From: Phoronis australis
Taxonomy: Eukaryota > Animalia > Phoronida
Reading direction: 5' to 3'
Assembly: GCA_002633005.1 (NCBI GenBank)
Contig: NMRA01000197.1
Location: forward strand, 68,055 to 132,054
DNA length: 64,000 bases
A model generated the notes under the pieces. That model was not told the origin of the DNA, ran no database searches, and was given only the letters and a program-made list of their open reading frames with translations. This document shows positions 1 to 14,230 of the stretch, piece after piece; position 1 is the stretch's first letter, and each line of letters opens with the position of its first letter. A program made the position numbers and the translations under genes.

Positions 1-536
1 CCGTTTCATTTTATTTTTCAGCCAACTTTCATTTACGAAATGGTGCTGTTTTATGGAGAATTAATTGGCTTGCGGACTGCACCCCGAGGGGTCTCTCAGC
101 GTCATGTGGGCTTATGGTCAATTACCGCTACTTTTTGGACGAGACTGAGACCAACAGTTGCAGATACATGGAGTCAAAATGCATTCCACTCTCCTTAGCT
201 GTGCTGGACATTGTAAAGACATTACCAGAAAGTTCCGTTTCATGTCTGGAAAATTCACTCTCAAGTTCTGACTCAAGCAGCTGAGCAGTTGACTGAAGTT
301 AGCTGGCTGTGACACTCAGAATATAAAAAAGACCTATTTTTGGGCATCCACAAAAATTGTTGTTGTATCAAGTCAGAAACCTATCCATCGTCCATTTGTC
401 GTCTGACTGAGCATGACGAAGTTTGTAAAACATTATGTGGCAGGGAGGCAATTGTAGCATCAGTTAAGTATTACAGCTCTTTCATACTGAATTAACTCCG
501 GTCTGAGTGAAGGTTCGACGTAAACTGCGAAGTTAA

Positions 537-1205
537 AGGAGTATGCCACCCAAAAAAACAAAATATTTTGTATCAATTTAGATCGAGTAGCTCCACTCGG
601 TAACAACAAGTTCAGTTGTTTTACCTGACACCTGATGGCAGATGGAGGTGTTGAAATTAACCAATGACGTAATCAGTTGGAACGCAGTCTGTGTTCAGCC
701 GTTCACACCACGCTTACTGGTGTCAACTTATCGCTTGAATGCATCGTTTTTCACCAATAAATCATCAAATTTCGATGTAAAACCCTTACAAGTACATCGA
801 GTTCTTGAACTAACATGTTGTTTTATTTCACTGTTACGGAGGTATGAACGTACGATATCCTACATAGTTGGGTCAAGGAGTGTAGACTCCTATGTTCGGT
901 AGGCCAATTTATCATGGTCGATCGCAGGAGTTAGGGTCTGTTTGGTGATAAATTCGAATCATTCTTCCGTGAAATATAGACATATAAGATAACTGTGTTT
1001 TGCTTCCAAACTTGCGATTTTTTCAGTTCTAAACAGACAAAACGCTTGTTATCCCAGCCAGTGTCTGGGACCCTGATCAGGCCCGTTGCGGCCGCCGGGA
1101 CTGGACATCACGAACATAAACCAGCTTAAATTGGAAACTAAACCTCCAGTCACGAAAAGACTATACTAGTGAGTCAAAGAAATAATGTACACTTAATTAT
1201 TTCGG
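537..1205 (-). mobile_element. Kolobok-like non-autonomous DNA transposon, truncated (one end only)
   Basis: TTAA (533-536) followed by AGGAGTATGCCACCC terminus; colinear but diverged match to 24688-25360 and to the reverse complement of 7120-7785. Confidence 0.7.
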
Positions 1206-1877
1206 TGACAATCGGTCCATTTTCGTAGATACATAAACATGTGAGTCAGAAACCAACAATCAAATTCATGAGCAATGCATTTACCTTGATTTAATGACTT
1301 AATTCCTTTTTGATCCCCTGTCAGTAAGTTTAAACGACAAAACTTGTACCGAAGTCAAAAAGCAATGCATTTATTGTCATATGAATTGTGAGTAAATTTT
1401 TCGGAACTGTCCGAATTTCATCAATGTCTTTGAGAGTAATATACTTAAAAGCGTCACACTTTACTATTTGGGGATCGGATTATAGTGTATATTCTAAATT
1501 CAGGCTGCAACTAAACTCACTGATCTCATTTCTTAAAATATTGGCTTCTAATTGTCAAAAATCATCTAATATTAACCTGTGGGTTTTCGTAGATACATAA
1601 ACATGTAAATCAGAAACCAACGAATTTGCTTATCAAAATGGAATGTTATAAGCAATTTTTTGAGGCATGCTTGCAGATTTTTGACGGGGATCATGGGAGA
1701 TGGGGCATTCATGTTAAGGTGTACTTTTGCTCATTTTAGAAGTACATATATCGGTTCACGAGTTTAACTTGAACTCCAAAAAAGGCTGAAATATATGTTT
1801 ATTGCGAGTATTTTGAGTACCCAGGTTCGACATGTACACATTCATCACAAATAGTAGCCGCTAGTCTTTTCGACATT

Positions 1878-2232
1878 GTAACCTTCCTCGGCATGAAAGC
1901 CGGTTGTACGATTTCACAAAAGAAAAACAAGAAAATAGATGTAATCGATTCCAACATTGGGCCCTCTCTTCGTGAGCGACCCCTTAAGAATTTGTCAGTA
2001 AAACAAGAAAAGAATGGCCACTCGAATGTCATCAGTGGGCCTCTTAAATAGCTGGGCCCCTAAATAAGAAAAGATCTTTATTTTCAAAAATCAGGAAATA
2101 CGCAGCAATTGACGTTATAATACGATGAATGTTTTCAGTCATCCAGTTGGGTCATAGTAAAAGAATCAATAAAATATTACTGGACTTACCGTACTTCATC
2201 AGGCCACTGAGTTGTTACGTGACTTGTCATGT
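1878..2232. repeat. Interspersed repeat, copy 1 of ~360-400 bp direct repeat
   Basis: Near-identical to 4856-5256 (GTAACCTTCCTCG.CATGAAAGCCGGTTGTACGATTT... to ...GTGACTTGTC). Confidence 0.85.
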
Positions 2233-4855
2233 CACATGACAAGTCACGCAAAGTTGTCGTGAGGACTCGATTGGGACCTCAGGGGTCTCACGCTCCACCG
2301 GCTAATTTGAAAAGGCTTTGTCCAGTCACGCGTTGTGGGTAATGAATCGAGATAATGATACCAACAGCCGACGCGACAAGCAGAACTACTTTCTTTTACT
2401 TCATTTGTGCACTAACTGGAGAAATTTAGAATTAGACTTTTAAACACTATCCGATCTTCAACTTTTTTCGGGAGACTTAAACCTCAGTGTAGTTTGCGCA
2501 AAGACGATGTGCAATTTTGGAGGTGTATTGACGATGATCAACGTTAAAACGGAGAGCAAATAAGTGCGTAATTGATCATCCAATCGGTAGTTTTGCGAGA
2601 AAGCGACGACCTTGCCGAAATTGAATGACGGAAACCCTTGAAAATCATTATAAGCAAGAAAGAGAAAACAAATATTTTCTGACGTTTAGGCTCATTAACT
2701 TTGAGTAACCGAAACGTCGCAAATATGTTCCGTCTTCTCTTGCGCGCTCATAATCAGATTCCTATAACTAGTGTTATGGCCAAAAACCGAGTTAGGAAAC
2801 ATCTAGACTAAAATCTTGATGGTATCTTATTTTGCCAGCGACCATACACGGTATAAAAATGAATGAAAAGCTGAATTAGGCGAAACTTGACTTGCTGGAA
2901 TTCTCGTCAAGGAACGCATAAATATTGTTTGAAAGAGCCAAAATCCATCCAAGTCGAAGTGGCCATAACGGAGCGATATGGAGATTTAAAATGACGTGAT
3001 TTATCCATTTTTTCAGTTGCTGTGTACCTAAATTAACTGGCACAGAAAAAATGACTTAGGCCTACAGTACGATTTTCTGAAACGTACCTCAGCGAAATCG
3101 TCAAAGAAAAAAGCGCCACTTGCCACCTAAAACGGACAAAAACAACCAAAGCGCGCAACGCGTCGCTTACCTGAAAAAGTAACTCTTTCACTTGTTGTTT
3201 GTGGTTAAACATGTGATGTGTNGTAACAGACAATAATATGAGTGGATATGATCATGTGGTTTTTATTAGCCAATCGCTAAATAAGTAGAATGTTATATTA
3301 TGGGCTGAAATCAACAAGATAATTAGATGCGCTATAACAGTTGAAGCATCAGACTTGCTACGGTGTACAGAAGCAGTTGTACGACAGAGCCATCTCGTGG
3401 AAGATTCTAGAAGGGATCTTGGCAAGGGCAAGGGTTAACGAACAGGAAGTTAACTAAGAGCTTATCACTTGCATCGTGGGTAGTAAGGTACTACCTGAAG
3501 TGTTGCGTCATCAGCCAGAGACTGTGACCAGCAAGAAGAGTCGCGGGTTGAAGAAATTGCCTGCAAGTGTTGCATCACCAGAGACGGTGACCAGTGGGTA
3601 CACTGTCGCTATACAGTGTATGTAGTTCGAAGATTCACCAACAGGACAGACATCCAACAAGTGGAGAGTCCTAGCTTGGATAGCAGATAAGGTGGCACTG
3701 AATAGTTAGGCTGCGGCCGCGGCCAATTTGCACTGCCAAAATATAGAAATTTTGGGGTAGGCCAAGTTTGGGGGCATTTTGTAGGTGGGCATTGCACGTA
3801 GGCTCAGTGAATGTGGTTTGTCTGTATTTGTGAACATGCTGTGAATAAAAAAAGGCCACTTTCTTGGCTGTAGCTGCACCCTTCTTCAAGATGGCGGCCC
3901 CCGGCTGCAATTGTGCATTGTTGGGTAGCGACCGAGAAATTGGCTGTGATTTTAGGTAGCCCTCAAACAAGCAAGAATTGCCAAAAAACTAGTCGGTTGA
4001 CAGTACTTTTGGACCACATTTTCGGAATCGGTAGGAAATTTGCTTTCAGACTCTAATGTTGGTTTTAGTCGTGCATCGGCAGGGAAGTGGTGTTTTTCGG
4101 GTGAAAAGTGCCGATTTTGCATTTTTTTGCCCTTATTTTTCTTAGTCTAGCTTGGTTTTCAGTGGGAATGAAATGGTCAAAAATACAAGAAAGAATAAAG
4201 TTTCTGTGCTCATCTGCTGGGCTTTTTATGTGAAATAATTGAAAACATGCCATTCTTTGCATCCTGTTTTTGACAGAGTGAAGAAAAGGTTACAAATCAA
4301 GTGATGTGTGTTTTGCTAGGCAAAACCCAGTGAGAACTGTTCTGTGCCTCCTAAGACATTTGATCGTTTTGGTTGTTTGATTAAAGTAATCTTTAAAGAG
4401 GGCGCTAGCGTAGTTACTCTTTGTAGTTGATTACTTAATTAACAATAGGTTTCATTTGTCTAATTAGGGGTTATCATATAATAGTTTAATTACTGGATTT
4501 GATTATTCACTCTTCGTCTACGCACGCACAATCTCTAAGCATAGCTACCTTTTAAACAAACCCACAGTCAATCATCTGACACTGTTTCTGTTTCTGTTGA
4601 TAAAGGAAGTTATTAAATCCGAAAATTTCAAATTTCAGTTGATCAATTCTATTGTTGTTTTATTTACCGATTTGAATTCCTTACAAACAGTTTCTAGTAA
4701 CGACCTTCAACAGATGTACTATTCTTGTGATACTATGGGAAAAAGTAAAATTATCATTATTTTATAACTAACCATCGGAAATGATGAAAGGCTAAACATC
4801 ATTAAGGTTGAAAAGGAGTTGCAGTTCATTCCATCGTCGGGTGTCCCTGCAAGAA

Positions 4856-5256
4856 GTAACCTTCCTCGCCATGAAAGCCGGTTGTACGATTTTCACAAAA
4901 GAAAAACAGGAAAATAGATGTAATCGATTCCAACATTGGACCCTTTCTTCGTGAGCGGCCCCTTAAGAATTTGTCAGTAAAACAAGAAAAGAATGGTCAC
5001 TCGAATGTCATCATTGGGCTTCTTAAATAGTTGGGCCCCTAAATAATGAAGAAAAGATCTTTATTTTCAAAAGTCAGGAAATACGCACCAATTGATGTTA
5101 TATGAATACGATGAATGTTTTCAGTCATCCAGTTGGGTCATAGTATGAGAATCAATAAATCTATTACTGGACTTACAGTACGTGGAGATGGCTACGTTGC
5201 GTCCTCCTCTCGAGGACTTCATCAGGCCACTGAGTTGTCACGTGACTTGTCTTGTG
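4856..5256. repeat. Interspersed repeat, copy 2 (with ~35 bp extra segment near 5181-5215)
   Basis: Direct repeat of 1878-2232. Confidence 0.85.
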
Positions 5257-5389
5257 ATCTGTCGTACAGTTTCCGCGGGATTCTCTTCAGCGCCCTATCC
5301 CATGTCCTAGGTAAGTGGGGGACGCCCCGCCCCCCCCCCCCACTTCCTACGGCCGTGTGTTATGATGTCAACTTTACGTAGATCAACAC

Positions 5390-6045
5390 CAAAACAGGAA
5401 AACACAAGGAAAGCTATACGTTGTTACCATTCCAGCAGAGACATGCCACATTTGTCTCGTCTTCAATCTCCGAAAAAGATTCGCGCTGCGTTTTCTTCAT
5501 GTCCTCGTCGGCACTGGGCAGTTCACATGCAGACTCACGATTCATTCGCACTGTACCAACATACGGAGGGGTTCTTCAGTTTCTCAATCAGCGGTATTGA
5601 AGAGAAAAAGTTGTCAGCAAATAAGTTGAAATTTCGAGCACCGTCATCCTGCTCAATCGCTCCAACAGAGCGCCCTAACTATGAGTGTCTGACACTTTCT
5701 CCTCTTCACGCAGTGGCTTGTAAAGATCAAAATCATAGATAACCCTATCTGGGTGTGCTCTCTGCCACAGTTTCAGTCCCATTTATGAGGATTATTCGGC
5801 ATGTACACTCTGAGACCTTTAAAAGGAATGATTATCTCATCAATACTCTGCTTGATGCTCTTTAGGGGAAATTTTCATGAACTTTGGTTGCACGGAATCG
5901 ATTAACCAGTTTCCAAAGTTTTTCAGACATTTGTGCCTGAGTTACGGTGTTATATACAAAGTGAATGACCGACAAAAATCGAGCCAAAGGTCATGTTACC
6001 AGTATGATTTCATATTGGGCGTTTTCAATAATCCCATATAGAAAA
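5390..6045 (-). pseudogene. piggyBac-type transposase remnant (frameshifted)
   Basis: Minus-strand translation across frameshifts gives MGLLKTPNMKSYW, SIDEIIIPFKGLRVYMPNNPHKW (first catalytic Asp motif), YDFDLY, FNLFADNFFSSIPLIEKLKN (second Asp motif), YVGTVRMNR, and CLCWNGNNV. The adjacent Kolobok copy sits in the TTAA at 6116. Confidence 0.8.
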
Positions 6046-6119
6046 ACATGTCAAGTACTCTAATTGTTCACATGATATACTGTCCTACGGGCCATAATTA
6101 TTTTCCTCAATGACATTAA

Positions 6120-7785
6120 AGGAGAATGCCACCCGATTTAATTAGTCTTTTTTACCGTCTTAATCGGTCTATATCCACATCGCCTCGCACACGGTCGACC
6201 TTACCTTGCCAAGAGGTGTCGCGTTAACCTGTGAGGAAGGTGAGAAACGACGCTAGCGACGTCAGTGGTTCATATGCAAAGTGAATGCCGCTATGTTGCG
6301 GTGCATCGTTCCCGCTTTCCCAAACTAAGAAGCTGCGAGGAAAGCGGGTATATCGTTTTTTTACTTCCTCGAGAGTCCGAAATGCTTAGGAAGTGGCTCA
6401 TGGTAGTGAAGAATGAAATGTACGCTGTAAATAGCAAGTATGATGCCGTGAAACATCTCCGTGTCTGTGGCCTGAGGACGTCGACAGTGCCTGACGAATG
6501 CCGGCTTACCAAATAACCCCATACGTTCCGTTGTCTGAGATTGTTCACGGCGCCTCTCTAGTATTTCTTCATCATTGTATTCCTGTTCGAACATTGATAG
6601 CCTGTAAAACTTAACGATCCATCTGCGAAGTCGGGACTGATGAGCTCTAGCTCGTCTCCTAAGTCGGGATTGCGAGTTGCTATGTTGGCGTTTATTACTG
6701 AGCGTTCTGTTTCAAAATGAATTATTCTCACCCTAACCAATACTTATATAAAACTGAAACAAAGCCTGTCTCATTAAATGCAATTTGTAATGCCTTTGGA
6801 GTGTTCGTGAGTGCTAATGATTTGAGAAGCCAGCAATGAATAAATCACTGCGTTACCGGCTTTAGGTGCAATAAAACTAATTGACGGGACACCGAGGCCG
6901 TGTGAGCTCATGCTAATTTAGTGTCTGCTGGCAGAAACTATTGTGAAACAACTCGATTTCCATCCCACGACCAGGTGTTAGGGGAATCTTTATTTACATT
7001 TACATTACTCAAATAATGATTGTCAATGTACAACTTCTGCCCTGACGGCCTGCTGTCGGTGAAAGCGGAACTTGAATTCGCGGCCCCCGACGAGTAAATA
7101 GATTTGCAGTTTCGTGGCTAACTCACCAACATAATCACGTGCACATTACTTTGGCTCACTAGTATAGTATTTTCTTGACTGGAAGTTTAGTTTCCACTGA
7201 GCTTTGGCTGGTTTATGTTCGTGATCAGTTTCCGAGCCATTGGCCGGGATAACGAGTCAATCCGGCCGGCCGTGACGGGCCTGATCGGGCTCCGAGCCAC
7301 TGGCCAGGATAACAAGCGTTTTGTGTTTAGAACTCAAAAAATCACAAGTCTAAACAACACAGATCTAGGTTCTCCTGTCTGTATCTCACGGAAAATACTT
7401 CGAAATTATCTCCAAACACACCCCAAACACCTTATTGGCCTCCGAACTTTTATTGGCTACGGTGGGTCCAAATAGCAATAAATCCGTAAGAGCGAAATAA
7501 AACAACACGTTTTTACAAGAGCTCGGTGTATTCTTAAGGGTTTTACATCGAAGTTTTATGATTTATTGGTGTTAAACGATGACTAAAAGCGATAAGCTGA
7601 CACCAATAACCCGTGTTGTGAACTGCTGAACAGACTGCGTGTGAAACCGATGACGTAACTGGATAATTTCAACACCTCCGTCTGCCGTCAGGTGTCAGGT
7701 AACGCAACCGTACATGTCGTTATGGAGTAGAACTACTCGATCTAAATTGATACAAATTAGGTTGTTTTTTGGGTGGCATGCTCCT
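6120..7785 (+). mobile_element. Kolobok-like non-autonomous DNA transposon, full length, carrying THAP-domain remnant
   Basis: TTAA TSD at 6116-6119 and 7786-7789; 15 bp TIR AGGAGAATGCCACCC / GGGTGGCATGCTCCT (1 mismatch); ORF 6265-6516 has THAP-like FLLPRESEMLRKW...HLRVCGL. Confidence 0.8.
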
Positions 7786-8085
7786 TTAACGCCTTCGTGG
7801 TCAAATTCTGATGGTGGTTTGAACTCATTGTCTCGAGTCACTATCTAACCCATCGTATTCATTGCAATCTATCATATCAAGAACATTGTCACAAGTCAAA
7901 CGCATTCGGACATTTTGGCTGGCACAGAAACCTACAAGAAAACAAGGGAATAAAAAATGCAGTATGGTACACATACTTACCATCAGGGATAACATAAAGT
8001 ATCATTTTGAATAACATACTACATGACTGGAACAAATTGATGTTTTAAAAATAATGTAATATCGTGGATTCCTCAATATTGGAAA

Positions 8086-8260
8086 TTAGTGGACTTTGCT
8101 TCGAGAATGACTATCGACAGAGTATGAAAATTCGTTACACTTTGTTTCACACAGACTAATTAAATCAAAATCTTGTTTATACTTTCCAAAACTGCCATTG
8201 TTGTATTTAGCATGAAGACCACAAACATTCAAAATTAGAATTTTTAAATTAAAATTAACT
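8086..8260 (-). pseudogene. LINE ORF2 apurinic-like endonuclease N-terminal remnant
   Basis: LKILILNVCGLHAK...FDLISLCETK matches the NV.GL and D....L.ET motifs of APE-type endonucleases. Confidence 0.6.
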
Positions 8261-8351
8261 AGGTTTCTTTCTTGACATATATGGGAGGCCAAGCCCATGA
8301 ATGTAATGACCAACCATGACTTTGGTCAACGATCTAGCGTCACTCTGAAAA

Positions 8352-9712
8352 AAGTAATTCCAAATAAAAACCAGATGGTGGGCTATATATGCAAAATCAC
8401 CAATTTGTTTGAAACTTAGCACATCAGCTGGCCTTGTCAGAAGAAACCTGAGCTTGATTTTTAAGACTTTCTGAGTTTTTCAAAACCCTTTTTAAGACCA
8501 CTTTGTACTTTTTCTGAAAAATAGCAAATAAAAGTAATAGGAATTAGATGACTTATTGTCAGCAACAACATCATCGCTTCACGCTATTGAAAAAGTAACT
8601 ATATAGCAGAAAGAAGAAAGAATAGCATACAAGAAAAATTAGTTCGGATGGATTTATTGATTTTTCATGTCCTCCCATTTTAGCCTACAAAAATGTAATT
8701 TTCACTGCTTATTATTAATGACATTTTTATGCATTTTTATCGCTCTCCCAAATCTGTATCGGATTTTTTTGGAACATGAGTTTACATCCATCTGTTACTG
8801 CTGTCTTTGTTCAGCCCAACGCAAGAATGAATTTAAAAATCTTGTCTCTTTCATAGTTTTTATTCAGTCAGTTTTTTACACTTACACACTTTTATGGCAA
8901 TCTGTGACTGTCAGTTAGATTAAAAGACTCTAGGAGGCGCTACTCGATTGTGCAATTATCTATCGACCAAGATGCCAAACAGAACAAATATCATTCGTTT
9001 TGCTACATCAGTGACAAAGGAGATCATGTGAAGCTGTATGAGAGATTTTTTCTTCGCGGATTTTCAGTTTTGCTGGTGAAAAACAAAAATCTATTATAGG
9101 ATTACAGAACTTAATGTACTGATGAGTTAATAATACAACCCCCATCACCATCTCATACTTCAGAGAAGCAGGTTTTATTCTTATTAAGGGTGCCCATTCC
9201 CCATTGCTTGGTCAGTTTTTGAACACCGTAATGGACTAAAAATCCCAAGCACTGCCTGCAGTGCATGCTGGTCCATTTCCAGACCTCCTGGACAAGTCCC
9301 TGTATATGCGCTTGAAAAAGTCCTCTCAAACTATTAGCAAAGTTCATACTAAAACTAATCAAGATCTTCGAGATCACTACTGAAAAGACGACGGTGGATA
9401 GAAGTGTCGTGCTATTGGACACACAAAGCGTCACCCAATGCTTCTTGTACTACACAAAAGCGGCCGAGCATGGTGGCAGTGCGCCAATGGAATTTGCAAT
9501 TTCAGAAAAATAACAGGTACGGATATTTACGATTGAAAACATAATACTTTCAGTGATATCCAAGTTACCGGCTTTCCAAACCAGTATTTAAATAATTGGG
9601 TGTTGTTCATCACAATATGTAAATTCCGTTCATGCGGCGGACCACAATTTTTTGAAGGTATTCTAGGTTTAGTGTATGATGCATTTCCACACAACACTTC
9701 AAAAAACCCGCA
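8352..9712. mobile_element. Sola3-like transposon terminal segment, copy of 57658-59076
   Basis: ~1.35 kb direct repeat of 57658-59076 starting at the degenerate terminus AAGTAATTCCA (vs GAGCAATTCCA). Confidence 0.7.
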
Positions 9713-10790
9713 AAATACGTCGAATCCATCCCAAAACGGAAACTTGTCATTGTTTATTTAATAGAAAGCTATTTACCAAATCCAATAAAACCCGTCGAGG
9801 AACTTAGAAGCAAAAGAGGAAAACAAACAAAAAAAGAAATTGCCACTAGGGGACACAAATTTATTGGAAAGTCATCGTAGCCCGTTGTTAACTTCACACA
9901 AAAACACTTGCTAAAATTAATCAAGATCCTGCGGTGGGCTTAGGAGATACAGCTATGGGCACAAAAGCAAAACTGCAACTAGGAGGTGCCACAGTAGTCG
10001 ATGTCGTTCGAAAATCATCATTAACCGTCGTCTTCACACTAAGAACGTATATGCTAATTTTCAAAATTATGCTTAGAGTGGTTTGGTTGGCAGAGGGGCA
10101 GACGTCAAAAACAGACTAGGAAACAGTAAAAATGGCCATTAGATGGCGTAAAATATGTCAAATCATCCAAAAACGCCGTTTCTGTAATAGAAAGCTGTTT
10201 ACCAAATTTCATAAAAATACATCAAGGAACTTCATAGAAACAGGGGAAAACGTAAAAAATGAAATTGCCACTAGGGGGTACATAGTTTGTTGGATCCGTC
10301 TGAAAGTCGTCGTCGTCCGTAGTCAACTTCATATAAATACACTTGCTAAATTTAATATAGATCCTGCAATGGGTTTAGTAGAAACAGTCATGGGCGCTAC
10401 AAAAAAATCTGCCACTAGGAGGAGCCAAAGTAGTCAAAGTCATCGGAAGGCTATTATCAACCGTTCTCTTCACTCTGAAAGCGTATATGTCAATTTTCAT
10501 AATCATTCTATGGATAGTTTATTTGATAGAGGGGCAGACTCGAAAACAGTAAAAATGGCCACTGGGTGGAACAAAATATCTCAAATACATCCGAAAATTT
10601 GAGGATAACGCCATCTCCCTAATAGATGGTTATGTGCCAAATTTCATGAAAATCCGTTGAGACTGAGCTTTAAAGATACAGAGGTAAATGTATAAAACTA
10701 GGATTGCCACTAGGGGGCACATCAGTTGTTGGATCCATCCGAAATATGTCATAATCTGTCATATGGGCTCATAAAAACCCGTGTTCCATT
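9713..10790. repeat. Degenerate tandem repeat, ~430 bp period, ~2.5 units, with GCCACTAGGGGG cores
   Basis: AATAGAAAGCT.TTTACCAAAT-like motif at ~9760, ~10186 and ~10621; TGCCACTAGGGGG at 9841, 10266 and 10705. Confidence 0.65.
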
Positions 10791-12439
10791 CAGAAACTGA
10801 TGAGGTGCACATCCGAATACGGCTGACCGACAAGTCAGAGATGACTGCATAGCAAAATGGTACTGAATAAGTGAAAAATTATGATCAACTGCCATTACAG
10901 TTTTAAAGGGAAGTGAACTGTATTGTCAATTTTTGAGTCGAGGGGTATAATCATGATTGGAGCTTCTTTCCATACTTAGAAAATATTTTGACGTAAATAT
11001 TAGAATACAAATTACTGCAAGTAATCACCTTAGGGATGGTCGCCATCTTTGCTCTGACATATTCTACTAGCTTCAAATGCGACCCAAGCAGACTAGTGGA
11101 ATGGCAAATCTGTTGACGATTTCACCAGCTCTCACAAGTCATATGTACTAAAGATGTGTATAAAGATGGGACACCTTTTGTACAAGTATGGTACATACTT
11201 TTTCGTGGTCTTTCGGTGTAAACATGAGTCACACCTTTGAACCATTTGAATAAATATGGATCACAATTTTCAGACTTGCAAGGTGTAACATGGTTGCAAT
11301 TTTCAAAGTACAGCAGCCCATCCTAACCCGCTAACCGGATAGGCTTATCAGGTTTGTGCACCTGGGCAGTCAGTAAGTCGAAAGTTGTCAGCGAGAGGTA
11401 ATACAATATTCTGAACTGAAGTTATGACCTGTTGACCCAGGCCAACAATTGTGATAAATACGAAGTAAATTTTTAGCAATTGCTACTAATATCTTACTTG
11501 CACCAACAGGGACTAACAAATCAAACTGGNTCAAAAATAAAAAAAAAAGCAAAAACGTCTCCTACAAAACAAAAACGACACCGCCAGCGTGTGTAAACCT
11601 CAATAAAACCAACTTGGAAAAAATGAGGGAGGACGAGAGCGGGGGTTCACTCTGAAAATATAATGTTTTCCATTGCGAATTCTTGTTATGAAAATCAACG
11701 CATTTCGAGTCTTCGTGGCTCATCGGCAAAACGCGCGGGCGCTTCCGTCTACACTTCTGAAGTAGCCAAGCATTTCAGATGGATCCACCGCTGAAAGAGC
11801 AGCTCTGTAGCTGATTTCTTTAGGTAACTGGCTTCTTTACTCTAAGATATGTCTTGATTTAATCAGGGGAAATACTGCGGTACTACAACCCTGATATTCA
11901 GGCGAATTGACGTGCAACGTTTTTACCTCATCTGTCATGCCGTCTCATTCCCTTATACCCCAAACGTTTGTAACTCGAATTTGACTGGTGTATAGTAAAG
12001 TTGTCTTGCGCAATATCATACAGTTTACATGTACATGTAATATTTTTGAAAAGAACTCGTTTTCCGAAGAATTGCTATTGTCGCGGGCGCCGTGGTCTGG
12101 TCGCGAGTTCGTTTGAAGATGCACTCTAACAAGTTACGTCTATACAAGGAATGACCAAGGTGGCACTCACATTGACAAAGTGACCGCATTCGCGAACAGT
12201 GTACAGTACCAGAAGTTGAGGGGAGGCTGTGCTTTCACAGCAAAGTCTTGCGGGACTCGTGCGATGTTTAATAGGCCTCCTAAGGAGCCCTAGTTCCGAC
12301 CTCAACAACTACCGTCTTTCTACCTGCAATAAGCACCACTGCCGTCTTCTATACTGGGAATTTCCGCAGAAAGGCCAACCCGATGAAACGCCTATGCCCA
12401 TGGGCATTTATTTGATGTTAGTAGGCCTACTTGGGGTTT

Positions 12440-12816
12440 CAAGCGTTCAGACATTGGGACGTTTATTCCGAAAATGGCAAGAGATGCAAATAGGTCCTGG
12501 GATACATCGTCTAGGTTTGAAGTAGTTCATGATGAACGGATCAAATTTAGTTGCGCATGTAAGTGTTTTGAATGGACTTGGTAACCTCAAGAGGCTTAGT
12601 GCCAATTGAGCTGCGAAACGAGATGCTGACATTGTAGAGGCTTACAAGCTCATTGACACAGCAGTTGACGAAGTGTAAGCGTTGGGAACAAACATCGAAG
12701 ATGTCTGGGTAGAATGGTTCTAAGACGAGCAAACCATTGGATCCGAAATACAGATTCCTCGGCAGTCCAGACAACAGCAGGATAGGACTAACGTTCCTGG
12801 AGAAACACCCACGTAA
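12440..12816 (+). pseudogene. hAT transposase remnant (P52rIPK/THAP12-like)
   Basis: Translation with stops: KRDADIVEAYKLIDTAVDEV*ALGTNIEDVWVEWF*...IQIPRQSRQQQDRTNVPGETP, typical of the region preceding the hAT dimerisation domain. Confidence 0.65.
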
Positions 12817-14230
12817 TAAGTTATAATTCTACACAGTTTGTACATAATGTCGGTTTTTTATGCTTGTGTCCAATGAAAACGAAATAGAAATTATTTTTGG
12901 TCATGCCAAATTTACCCAGTACAGCAAAGGGTCTACGAGCGCACAGAAACTGATTCTGGTTTGTATTTCCACTTGGCTCTATCTGCTTCATATCCAAAAT
13001 CTATTTCACGTAGTGTGTAGTTAAATTTGTACTCAATACTTGTTACTTCCAGTGAATACAACAGAACAGTGCGAAAAACCTTCCTAGACAACCTCTCGCA
13101 GCAGTTGACGACCAGATGTATAAAATACACGTATGAGCAACCACTGGGCATCAAAAAGTGTCCAGAGAGAAGTTTTCAATTCAAAAATTTTTACATAGTA
13201 CGCTTTAGGTCTCGCGACGGACCAGGTCAGCTTTATTTGTGTAGATATTGAGTTTCAGTGTACTTGTGGTCTCTCGGCGAACTAGTCTTGTGATGTTTTT
13301 TACCAACGTGTGCTTTGTAAAACTATTTATCTCAGCCAGTACTGTTCGGTCCCGCGAACAGATCGACTATTTTTATAGGGATAATAAGCTCAGGTGTACT
13401 TTTAGTCTCGTGACGGACCAGACCAGCCTTTTTGTGTACTCTCAATTTAGATATGGTCGCTCTGCGAACTGGTCCTGCATATCTTTTCACCACGATGTAC
13501 AGAATGTTTTGGTTTCGTGAAACTGTTTTCAGATGATTTGTTTCCTGACACATTTGACGTTTTTCAATTGCTGTCAACGTGATTCAGCTTAATAAAGTGA
13601 TACTTAATTGTTTATTGTCGCTTTTAATAATGGACTATGATATGAGCTAAGAGCACCATCGTTCGCCAGTTTTTCTTGTAACGAGACAGAACACATGTTT
13701 ATTTCCGGACAAACAGTACAAGTCTTCGTTCTTAAACAACTCGAGGCTGCTGTTGCGCGATCATCTGATATTCATTTTTTTACGCCGCGTCGGTGCTCCT
13801 TATGCTCTTGAATATTTGGTAGTTGTCTAAACCTTACACACACACCACCACTTTTTCATATACGGCTTTTCGTATGCTAAACAGGTGTGCATAAGCAGAT
13901 GTTCCAACAAAAATTTTTTGCTGCTGGCGTGACTCATACCCAGATGTGCACAAATATGGTTTCACGAAACTTATGAGCCACGTTCATGTGACGAAATCCA
14001 CAAGGGTTTTGAATTATCTTAAGGAAAACTCAAGAGACATGTTAAGTGCCAGAAACTTAGCAGGATGCATTGAAATTTCAATATTTGGCTACAAAAACAA
14101 AAAAAATGCCATACACGGAAGGGGAAAACCCCCCTCCCGACATCCCCCCTCTCGGCGCCACGCGCCTCGGATTCGACCTTTGCGGGAAACCTAAGCCCCC
14201 CCTTTACTGAAAACGTAGATCCGCCACTGA

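Noticed and set aside
100-480. Possible hAT/ZBED transposase fragment (SCAGHCKDITRKF)
   Set aside because: Too short and degenerate to support.
3291-3642. Possible solo LTR (TGT...ACA with an internal ~30 bp repeat)
   Set aside because: No TSD, primer-binding site or partner LTR identifiable.
13195-13480. Spaced GTAC...GTCTCGCGACGGACCAG motifs as a repeat-spacer array
   Set aside because: Irregular spacing and strong degeneracy; more likely transposon subterminal repeats.
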